Assembly (NCBI GenBank): GCA_000934665.2
Contig: JYFJ02001217.1
Location: 1-64,000, forward strand
Length of the DNA stretch: 64,000 bases
Reading direction: 5' to 3'
Source: Catajapyx aquilonaris
Lineage: Eukaryota
In this document: positions 26,101-38,100 of the stretch, one piece after another
How the letters are laid out: every line of letters begins with the position of its first letter
Position numbering within the stretch: position 1 is the stretch's first letter
Notes under the pieces: generated by a model
What the model was told of the DNA's origin: nothing
What the model saw: the letters and a program-made list of their open reading frames with translations, nothing else
Database searches by the model: none
Position numbers and translations under genes: made by a program

Positions 26101-29100
26101 TGCATTATTCTGAAAACAGAACGGAATTTAAATGCTTCATTGACACAATAAGATATTTCAATTGGAACACTCTGCATGACTGATGTGTACGCAGTTTAGT
26201 AACGAACGACCGCGAACGACTTGTACTTACTTGCGCACTAAGAGACGGTGGCGCTGGCGGATCCTCCTTTCCTTCGCTAGCACTGTCTTCGGATTGTCCA
26301 GCCTCACCTTCGCTCGTGTTGGCCTTGCTTTTTCTGCAACAGAAAAAGAAAAACACACCCAATTAAATCACGTTCTCACCAATGCCACGGGCAAAAATCA
26401 GGACGAAAAATGGCACCTTCTCTTTGTACCGTACTATATTTCTACGTGTGGTAATTATGTGCCTCAAAAATATTGAGTATGGTCCATACTTTTCCTTACA
26501 TGATCAGGAAAACCACGAGTTTATCTGAGTATTTTCGAGGAAGAAAATTTCCCATCTGTGAAGACTGGCGAGAAAACGCACTTATGATGGGAACGACGCT
26601 GAGGTTGTTATCCACGTACTACATCAACCTTAAATTAAGAGAAAATCGGCCCAGCCATAATTTGATTTTGCCCTTAATTTGCGTTGATACAAGTGGCCCT
26701 TCGCCAACACTGCGACAGGGCAAACTAATTGATGATCGGGCGCATATCAGTCGAGTCCCGGCCACTTCCGACGTGCACCCGTCACACGTTGTTTTGCGGC
26801 ATTTGGTGCCATAATTACAAAACCCGCCGGAGAACAACAGTGTCCACTTGTTGCTGTCGGACAGGCCAGCAGGGCCTGTGGACACAAAAACCGTCCCGGC
26901 ATGAAAAGCGACGTGATTAGAGAGGGAGAGAGAGTCGGGGGTGTGCAAACAGGCCGCGAGGTTGCTGGGGGATCGGGAGCAGGAACCTGTCTTGTCGGCC
27001 CCCACCCTGCCCTGGTGTTTGCCCCCGGGGGGAGAGCCAGTGACACTCCAGCCCGGTGGAGGTCACCCGGGCCATTAGCATGCATCCCGTGTCCAACACA
27101 ACCAACCACGTTACATCCCATCCCCCATTTCTCCCTGGCTTATTCCACTTTTTGCGCCTATTATAATTACGCGCCTGATGGCAGGGTTGTGCGCGCCTAT
27201 GTAACGCGATCAATCGGTAATGACGAGTGATTAAAATTTCATGGGAGCCCCTTGCGGCCTTTTCCATTCGGCGGCGCCATGCCTGCAAGACATGTCGCCT
27301 TGTGTAAATATAATGGCAGCGGGCGCCGTGTCAATGTGCTCTACTTCGTTTACTGTTAATTAATTACTGTTATTGTTATTAAAACGAGCGCTTTGACAAC
27401 CTGGGTTTGCGCAATCGACATTTTATCGTCGCGTATGCTGGGGTCATAGTTCCGGTTTTGTAGTTTTGAATGATCAACGTGTGCGTAATTATGCAGAACT
27501 AGGCGTCGCCCTCACTGCCGATATAGTGCATGAACATTACGTTACATGAGGCAGGAATAAAACCCGCACGCAGCCACATATACAGAGTTACAGACCCGAA
27601 AGAGTTATACGCTGGATTTGGCTGGATTTTTCGCCACCCGTCAATCCATTGCAAACTTGTGTGTGATGAATAACTGACATTTTCTTGCAAGGAAGTTTGC
27701 AGGCCAGATTATCCGTCAGTGCAGCGTAATTATTATACAGTAGATCTACAGTAGAATCAAGTCAACTTTTCCACAGCTAAAAATAGTGTGGAAAGTGTGC
27801 CGTCCGATCAGATTGACGCACACTTTGCATTTCCTTTATGTAACGGCCGCATATAAAAGCATCGGGTCTCTCCCAGCAACGTTCGAGTCCGCAGGGCACG
27901 GATGGTTTTGATTTAGTTGCGCATATTTTGAAGCTTTGGACAAGGTGTATCGTTCAAAAGTCAAGTGCCCTGGTGTTCCGTATTTATAACTTGTACTGTA
28001 TAGGCGACCTAACACCGGTGGAGGTGTCGTATGTCGGCCCCCCTGACTGCAAAAGACGGGAATTGTGCGTGGAGGAGTGCGCCTTTCAGGCTTGTACATT
28101 TGGCAAACAGGAAACAGGAGTAGTACGGTACCACTATATCTATAATAGACGCGGGAAAGTCCGTGAAATTCCCACCCACACCAATGTGAGCTAAATTCTG
28201 AATCAGATCTTTTTCCACAAACCGTGCGGGCATTCGTCCAAGTATAGGTCCTGCGCCGTACAAGAGTGAATGATCACAAAGAATTCCTCGTGTTAATCTA
28301 GCTCAGTTCCCGGTCTAACGATCTGCCTCCTGACGTGTAACGTTTCCGTCAGTTTTCCGGGATTAAACTTGTCATGCACTTCTCGAAGCGATGGCGCGTC
28401 TCTAACCAAAAGCTGTGATTTATGAACGCGTGTAACCACTGCAGACTGACAATAGGGCCTACTCCATATGGTCTATTTTACATATCCCTATATACGTGAG
28501 TAAAACCGGTCTCGTACGTGAGCAGAGGAGCATGAACCCAGCTTTCTAAACAGGCTACTTGAACTCCGTGTACGTAAATTACCTTCCAACCAACTTTTAT
28601 TCCCACTTTCCGCACGTACCTCGCCTTGCCGCCAAGCAGCATTATTCGAAAGTCTATACACATTAATATATAACATATACCAATGAACATGCTGTACAAT
28701 AATATTGTGATATTCGTCATAAACTCATAATGTACATCACATAAAAAACGGACGTGTTTAAAATGACTTCTCGACACCTTCTTTTGTGGCATTTTATCAG
28801 TCGACTAGCTCTCGGAAGTGGAACATCTCCGTCTCGTGTGTCAAAGGGCTTCCCTACCGTGCGTGGCACAATTCCGTTGTCGTAAAATTCAATTGTAAAT
28901 CACACCGAAGTGAAAATACAAGGGTGCAGGTAGCTGCCTGTTTTCATGTCTGTGTGCTGACATCCAGCTCCCGACCACTCAGCAGCATACTAATACAAGA
29001 GATTCAGCAACACCATGTGGAATGGTTTTCAAACCAATGACTGACATCAAATCGTTGCCAATGACGCAGTTGCGCAGCCCACAAATTATCGGAATCACGG

Positions 29101-32100
29101 TAATTTGACAATTTCATGTCGATGCTCGAGTCTTTTCTTTTATTCTGGATTTGTAACGGATTCTGTTGTCCGGATGCAAATCCAAAAAATTATCGGGGCA
29201 AACGGCCAGAATACGCATTTAGCAGAAGTCAACTCCGGTTAATTCGGAAATGCTGATACTAAGAGAAATGAAATCCGCGACAATTCCCGCGTCTTTCCGA
29301 GCCTCATATCGCCTCACTTATCGCGATGGGTGATCCGCAGTAGGCCGCATTAAAATAAGGCGGGAGTGGCGAGTGGGCGGTGTTGGAACCTGCCTTATAC
29401 TTAAGATGGAGAATAGAATGCGGTGTATCATTATTTGTCTCAACGGTTCTTATACCATGCTATACCAAGGCTGAGTTGTGCCGCATAAACGATGCTATAA
29501 ACCCTGAACAAGTCGACTATTATAGACTATTAATCATGAAAAGCACTGAATCAACCATTTGTTCTGGATTTACCTATAGTTTATGTAACCGGCCATAAAT
29601 GATGACTAGTGGACTCTACATGTCATGATCGCAAGTACTGTACACTCAGTATATCGATGAATATTAGCATTCATATCTTTCCATATACCAGCATCCAGAG
29701 GAGGATGTTTTTATAGTCTAAAATTTTATGCAGATGTCACCCGCCTGGTAACGGTCAGAAGTTTGGGAAAAATTAGCAACCAACTGATGCCGAATCGGTA
29801 CCGTGCTTTCACTCGCTATTTTAACTCTCTCTCTCTCCCCCCCCCCCCCCNAACACACCGAAATTGCCGTTTCGATGTTGCTCTACCTCCGACTATACAA
29901 TACCACTCTATCCCCGAAATTCAATGGAGGCATATATCCGGCCATTCAAACTGAGAGCACATAATGAAAATTCATTGGGCCCCGGCTATCCCTCCACAAT
30001 TCAGCCCATTATTGACCGCCGATCCGACGCTTTTGGGCGGAACAAAGGATAAGAACGCTAACAATAGTCCACCCCCGCAAAAAAAAAAAAAAAACAGCTC
30101 TCCGCCCCAGAAATGACAAGACGACTCCAGCAAAATTTTGACCCCGAGTGTACCTATATATATACCCTGATCTGATACACCGTGAGTGATGGGCCAAGGA
30201 CCCCCCTCGTTGTAGACATGAAAAGCGCGCCGACCTCTCTTCGCCCCCCTCCTCTCCCCCGAGTGGGGATGGGCGCCCAATGCAATTTGGGTGACAAATT
30301 CGGCAGCGCCAGCCCCAAATTGGCGCGCCACCTCCATGCCGATCTGGATAACAACAGGCGCAGATATTGATTTCTCCAGCTCTCTCCCCTCAGCACCCGC
30401 TGCCTCCCACTCTTACTATACTCTATATATCTGGGGGAGAAGGGAAGAGAGGGGGGGTCCGGCGGCAGGGACGCCGACGCCCGTCCGGTCCTCTCCGGGA
30501 CCCATGCCAACATACGGTTTTTACCCCCGTCTCACAAGCACGTGACCTTTGCCCTTCTTATCGCACGCCCGACACGTGAACGCCAGCCTGTTTGTGTGGA
30601 ATACAAGCCCTTTGAGGTTCTAAACCATAATATGTGAAGGGCAGCCAACTGCACATGGTTGAATGCCCTGCATCCACCCGGTTTTCCAGCCAGTCCTAAA
30701 TCAACCGGAGTGCGTGACGGGTTTTCTCACTACCTAACCACAATACGAATCAATTTGGATATCGTCATTTACATACACACAACAAGTGCGTGGACCTTCT
30801 CTGTTCGACGTGCCAGCAGTAGGTACCGTGCACGATGGAGTCTCCGTGCCCAATCGGTGCGGTTGGTCGCCTGCCAAAATGCCGCCCCGTATACTGCCCG
30901 CCAAAATACATCACGTGGGCTGCCAGATACAACCGTCGATAAGTTTGAAGAAAAAAAAAAATCCGGCCGAGGAGTCGAAATGCTGCGCTGGTGACTCCTC
31001 TGTTGAGAGCTACAGACGCGCCAGTTATTCAGCTTTTGACGTCGTTATACATATGGTTGAGTTCAACGTGCTGACCGCTCATTATCTCGCGTGCTTATTG
31101 GATTTCTATATACGCATGGATATCAAAACGAACTGACGGAACCAAAGGGGAATAATGTTTCTGCCGCGCAACGAACTGTTTTAGCATCAACAGCATCCAA
31201 AGGTCGGCACAAGTCCATAACATTTCTGCAAAATATTTTGATAGCTGGTCGGCAAAACCAGACATGCGATAACGAACTACTCCAGATATTCAATAACTTT
31301 CAAGAGACTTGTATCGCATGCTGGCATTTAGCTTTCACGCACCGGATTGGTCAGAATACAGTAATTACCGAAGCGAATGCTAAAATTTGCTGTTTATTTG
31401 CATGGGTATATCCGAGACGGGAAGTAATTCCCGCTAAATACAAGGCTCTACTGGCTCCAAGTAGAATGCAGTTGGTGACACAGCCAATTAAGAAAGTCAC
31501 GACTTGTACCTCCGTTTATCGTCAGCACATACCGGACACTGAGGACACGCACAGCACTTTTAACAGCCGAGCCTTTACAAGAACTGTCCAGCCCTTCAGT
31601 TACGCCGCCAGTAAATGCCGTGCGGTGGTCATATTTCCCGGCAGAAGCGGACAGCCATTCCAAATGATACAGGTTTTAGAAGTGCCTAGCAATCAAGTAC
31701 AGTGTCGACGCCATGACTTTTCTCTCCTCGTTTACACCCAGAGCCGGCCGCTAACAACACGAAATTGCCGCTGAAATATTCCGGCGACGGTCGCTCGCCT
31801 TCAGTCCGATGCAAGCATCAGGGGGAGAAAAAGCGGTGTCTGTGTAAATAAACGGCAAGCAGCAAGGCTGCGAGTGTGGGATGAAGTGGGGTTGGTTTTT
31901 GAGGCTCGTTTGTGCTGGAGGACCCCCCGAGGGCAACGAAACCTGAGAGCCGCAGCAGCCCCCGACCATTGACAAGCCAAGGGAGCAGAGCAGCCAACCA
32001 CCTTGGAGGTCAAGCACCATGGCCGTGCTGGCGAGTGAGGTTGCCAGGGGCGATTCACTCCATTCGTTTCCAGGAATTCTCCGCAGAGCCGAGGTCACGC

Positions 32101-35100
32101 ACCACTTGCATCCAACAACTGCGGCCTGTTTTTATCCCAACCATCCAGTCCCTTCGTGATGTCTACCATCGGCTTTTTGTTTTTTTTCTACCAGACCGAT
32201 CTAACTATCCGGCTTTGATGCCCAACGATGCGATTTCTAGAGTCACGCGTCTATTTACTAATCCCAACTGATGATGCCACAAGTAAATAATCAACAAGTG
32301 TATCAGAAATTTGTCTTTATTCGTACCTAAATTCGTCGCGATGTACTTACGGCATGGACAACATTTTCGTCGTGGATCGCATGGTATAGCAAACGCGAAA
32401 ATACCGCTCACAAGTTCTTCCAAAAGTGTTCTGCAAATATGAAGTCCACTTAGATACCGCGGCCAAGATTAGATTACGCAAAAATTGTAGTCGTGCGCAG
32501 GCGAGGAGGGTCGAGCACCTCGGACATGTACACTACAACTCGGTAATACCACATGATGAGCCTGTGTCCATCCCATTTGCAACAAAACCAAACACAATTC
32601 GAGCCGTGAGATCATCGGACGATGTGCTTGCTGAAAAGTGCCCGTGCAATGAATTATTGAAACCAGATTCCAACCCTCACGAAACGTAGAGCACACATGT
32701 GACGAAAGGAATAAGTAATGTCGGCGCCATTTCTGGCACTAAGAGGCATCGGTTTAACGTAACCACTCGGTTAAGAGACCAAAAGAACTAACTTTTATAA
32801 TGATGCTTATCAATTTATTAATTAGCAAGCAGTGTGCCGCGTGGGCAGATTCGGGCCAATGTATGAGGATAGTGAATATTTGAAAAGGGCCAACGATCCC
32901 TTGCTAACGTGCTGTCGTGTGCCCGACTGACAGCTCTGCAAAGTCTGTTCGGAAATACCCTGATTGAATATTTTATCGCAGTTTATAAATATGTCACATG
33001 CCTGCTGTCAAATGTCGTTCGATTCCTACACTCTCTCCACGTTAATGCGCAGCAGGAGAGGTGCGTCACGCAGGAGGAAACAAAAGCGGCAATCCAGTGT
33101 ATAGAATTTCGCTTTCTGCGGTTTCAGACTCTATTCAAAACGTTATTACTTCCACGTTGCTGGCTTGTCAGCGTCACGAACAGTTGAAGACATGTTTCCT
33201 TGCAAATTCAAACATTAGGTATGAAGCACAAACAACTGATTATGGCCTGAGAAAACTGCTCTCAATAAGCAAGTGCGGCGTAACAGCGTTTCTGTGTACG
33301 AATATGTCAGAGTAGTGATTCGCACAATGCAAGCAGTGGTATAAAACCATATTAAAATGTGTGCGCGATAGACTATTTATAGTAGGCCCAGTCGAATGAT
33401 GGGTCGAATAAATAGGAACAAGTGCGCTAGAATGCTTTGTCACGGACTTGATAAGGTAAGGGTCGCAAGCCAAAATCCCGCAGGCTAATTCCACGGCCAT
33501 TTTGTGAAGGAACCACTTGGCCTTCTGTGCAAATCAAGACCAACTTGCTCTGCCACGGAATAATGCGGGCGAGTGTCGTCGCACTTTACCACGGCAAGCC
33601 TTTCATCTTCCGTCATATACCGGCTCTCCACACAGTTTGAAAAATTCTGCAATAAACTTGTTGGTTCACAACTTCCCGGTCTTTGTGCAGAACTATACGA
33701 ACCTCTTCTGTATAGTTGAACTGCAGCATGCGCAAGCACGTGCCTTTTGTTTGCTCAATCAGTTACATGATACAGACAGTGAAAGTCGTCCCTTCACTGG
33801 CTATTTGCGGAACGTGGGGTGCTTTATAGTAACAGCAGCGATTTATTTACGTCTAGCCGTAGAGTCCGCAGAAACCAACCACAAACGCTTCCATTGCCGC
33901 CACTTTTATTCGCATTGCTTTGCAGACACCTATAATGCACTATATTTTTGTAACGTCGGAAAAGATGATCTTCTCTTTCAGAATGAGTTGGGTTGGTGGC
34001 CTTGGTCACGTGGGGGATGAGAAAGAAAATCCCCAACACGAGCGCCTGGTATCATTCGCCGCGCCGCGTCGCGTCGTTGCATCCGGTTGCTCAGCAGTCT
34101 GAAGATACTGACGTGGGATCGGGGATGCTGGGGGATCTATTCGAAACCAACACGTCCGGTCGTTCGTTTCCTGCTATAAAATTTATCCCGGCATGCTGGA
34201 AGAGCCGGGGGTGTATTCGTAGATCGCGTGCTGGTGGTGATGACGTTTTTGTAATGTAGGACTATAATGAGCAGCTTCTGTGTGCCGCAGCAAAGTGTTT
34301 GATGTACAGCCTACTAGCCTACATCAGTATAACATACAGCCTGCTGCAGAAATTTATATCATAACATTCATAAGCCTATACTGCGTTGCCTTTTTAAAAC
34401 ACGACTTCGGTAGTGTTGAATCATTTGACGTTACATGACTTAGTTTCAGCTTAGGGCACGCAGTTTCATAAAATAAACGGAGCGTAGCCCTATATAAGAC
34501 TTAGGTATTGTTTGACCGTGGGTATATTACGGAAGGTGTCTGCCGGTGAAATGCTACAAACGTCTGCCGCCAATTCACCTGAGGTTGCACACACAATGTG
34601 ATGTCGACCTTGATGTGTAAGAAATCCTTCCCCACGATCTCCATCGTGGCCATTGGCCTGTCACCCTCGGCGACATACGAAGGGGGGAAATAAACATATG
34701 CAAAAGTATAAGACATCAACAATATAGCCAAGATGGCACACCTCCCAATCCATTTTTCCACGAAATTTCATTATCGACAGGAAGCTATTAGCTCTCGTGT
34801 ACGAGGGGCAACCGGTCCAAGAAGCATAAAATGGCAAGTTCAGTCGGAAAGGCAAGAAACAGACCCCCTCACAAAGATAGTCAATATGCCACAAATCTCA
34901 TGTGCAGGACTTGTGACACATGGAATCTTGAGTGATATAGTTAACTTGAAGCCCATGGGCTTGAGAGGTGGTGTGCCATCTTGGCTATTCATATTGTCGG
35001 TGGGAAAATGAAAGCTCTGAATAAATTGCTACCATGATAAGTAAATATGAATCCAGTCCATGCATCTAGACGAGTCGCTCGAGCGAAACAGCAAATAAAG

Positions 35101-38100
35101 GAAAGGTCTGCTGCAGCTAACCCACACACAGGGATAAGCATAAAGCGGACGCAAGATCTTTCCCTATATCCCATTATGCGATAGGAGATACAAAGCCATT
35201 GTTGCCAGGTGACGAAATAACAAACTCCAGAAAAAAATGGGTGTGATGTGGGCGTTTACGTGGAGAGCTTTACGTTTACGTGATAAGAATCGGACTGATT
35301 AATTGGCAGACCGGCCCTCTCATAAGCTAGTTTAATCTGAATATTTGCGTCACGATTCATTTCTGCACGCATACCTGCCCCTGCCTCTTGAACTAGTTAT
35401 CAGGTCATAAAAATGCAAGTTGCTTCGGGCCTAAGGCTCGGACAAAAGATAAACAAACAGCAAAGAAGACCGCTTCAAAATTATACACGATAATTAAGAT
35501 TTATGGAAGAGTATTATACATCGTATGAAAATGAGGCTGGAATAGAATTCGGCCACAATAATTACACCCACATTGCAAGCAGCCACAAAGATCCGACATC
35601 GCCCCACCACCTTAATGCAGTCAAAGTTTTAAAAAAAACATAATAATAAGTAATGGATATTTCTCGGAGCATGTTTACCGTGACGTGTCATTACATTTTA
35701 AATCTCGACAAATTTATCCTTTATTATTTCCGCATTATATGTGCGTGGAGTCCAAACTGGTTTTTATTATCGGATCCTAAATAATTGTCAGAAATGAAAA
35801 TTCAACCAATATGTCTGATGTAATTGCGAAAGCATTTAATTACTGCGGCCTGTCAATTAAAATCCATCAGTTAGATTCACCATTATTCTGAATGCATGGA
35901 TTAAGCCAATTCCAACATTGTCTCTTCGCAATGGTCAGCACTAATGCTTATTATACAGGGTAATTAATCGAAAAATAATGCGCGGATTTGAAAACCCTAT
36001 ATAACTCAAAAACCTGTAGACATGTAAATGATTTATGTTTTAAAATGCTAAGAAAGGTTTAAAGTTTTGTTGTTACCATAGTTTGTTTCAATATGAGCTC
36101 AATTTGTAGCTCGAAAGATGTAATAGGTGTCGTGCCTAACCCGCTCAGACAGCATGTATGGCGTTAACTTTGCAATATTTTCCCGTTAGAGATGCCACAT
36201 CTTTTCACCATACATGTAATAACTCCATAAAAAAGTCAATTGGGGTAAGATCTGGGCTTCTGGAGGGGGCTAAAGGCAGTGAGAAACTTCTCATTCAATA
36301 GACTTCGCACAGCACTGACAGTGGCTGAACAAATGAAACTTTCCTACGGCATGTATATTTCATGGATGAGGCGACTTCTTACACGCATCATCAAGAGCAA
36401 TGTGTGTGGTGTAAAGATCAATCACCTCCATCACCTATAGGATATGCTTGAGCGGGTTCGGCACGAGACCGAATACCGCATTTTGAAATCTACCGAGCGA
36501 CAAATAAAGCCCATATTGAAACAAACTAAGGTGAGAACAAACCGTTCGACCTTTCTCAACATTTCAAAACTTCAATCGTTATGATATGCCTACAAGTTTT
36601 CGAGTTATAAGGGTTTAAAATCCGCGCATTCTTTTTCGACCACCCTGTATATATTCGGCCTACCCAATCACGAAACCATTACCGGTACCGAATACAATAG
36701 GGCAGCATGTTTGTTCTATACAAGTACACACTGTGCCAGGTGGAATATATTGCGCACTTCGCCGGTTTACTTCATCTACAACGCATTCACACCTCTCATG
36801 GGCCCCGCTCTGAAAAGGGGGGAGAAAAAAGAACCCCAGCTTCCGGCGCTATTTGAGTTTCAAATGGCGGTTTTAGCAGGTGCCGAGTGAAATTTCCGGG
36901 TATTGTTCTCGAAAGCCGCAGCCCGCGCTCTATAAAAATGAGAGAGAGAAAAAATATACTCACGCATAATACTGGAGCGAGAGGCTGATACTGTCGTCCG
37001 GAGAAAAGATGAGCCGGTCCACAATTTCTCCTTTGTCCTCCGGAGTCGTTTCCGCCGGCTCCTCGCCTTCTGCCAAGAAAGGGAAAAGCCGACATTCAGC
37101 GATCCTAATCCCCGATTGCGGGTGATAATTCCGTGGGCTCCAATCTCCCGGGACCAGTTCTCGCCAATTAAGCACCAAAATGAGATTCGGAATGTCGATA
37201 ATTCAAAAGTTCCTCATTTCAAACGGCTTCCTGTGGGCCGTTTATCTTGCCGGCGGGAGCCATCGCCGGCTGGCATTCTCGTCAATGCGAAGCATTAACT
37301 CTAATCAGCCAGGGAATAACTGAAGCAACGGCATTACCTGGTTCTCCTTCGGGACGGTCCGAGTAGAACTCTCTCCGCCTTTTCATCTCCGTGTGGAACA
37401 GGCCCGGAACCAGCTTGTACACGATGTCCTGCAACGTTTTGTCCGGCCTGCAATGGTGGATATAAAAAATACAATTAAATTAATCGGTAATTTTAACACG
37501 GCGTAATTGGGCCGTGAGCGCTGATTGGCTGGTTCCTACCTCCCGCCGAGAATCGACCAATCGGGAGGGGAAGAGTCAGAGCGCGCGCGCTCCCGATTGG
37601 CCAATTCGTACTTACCGGCGGGATCTGCCCCAATAAGCAGGGCTCGCCGATGACCTCGCCCTTTCAGGGTCCCCCCTAAAAATCCGGTTTACAGGCCACG
37701 ACAATTACTTCCTCCGTAATCGCTTCCTTTCGTGCCCATTCCACTCCCTGTTTTTCTCACAACGTGAATAGAATTACACAGGCTCTATTTTTCCCACAAC
37801 GCCCACTATTTTTCTTTTTTGTTCCAAAACATGGCAAGGCCACGTCAAAAAATTTTCCTAACAACCACACAGTTTTCCATTACGCTTTTTTTTTTTCTTC
37901 TCCTGTTGTACACACTAAGTGGGCGCCACCCTTTATGATAACGTCACGAACTACTGCTCAGTGTCACTTTTACCAGAGATTAAAAGCTTTATGATGTTTC
38001 AGTGGCGTGTGACGCAATGAGCCCAATTTTGAGGTCACATGCTAACTATACGAACGAATAGGCGTGTAACTCACCTGATGTGGAGGAGAGGTTTGGTCTT

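Noticed and set aside
31091..31774. 227-aa + strand ORF inside intron 4
   Set aside because: Non-ATG start, no recognisable domain and no coding-like composition; probably chance, though a BLAST search would settle it.
34579..34657. Frame reading [10 protein letters not shown], superficially like BMI1 ANGSNEDRGE
   Set aside because: Wrong phase and wrong order; the true equivalent (TPEDKGE) is in exon 4.
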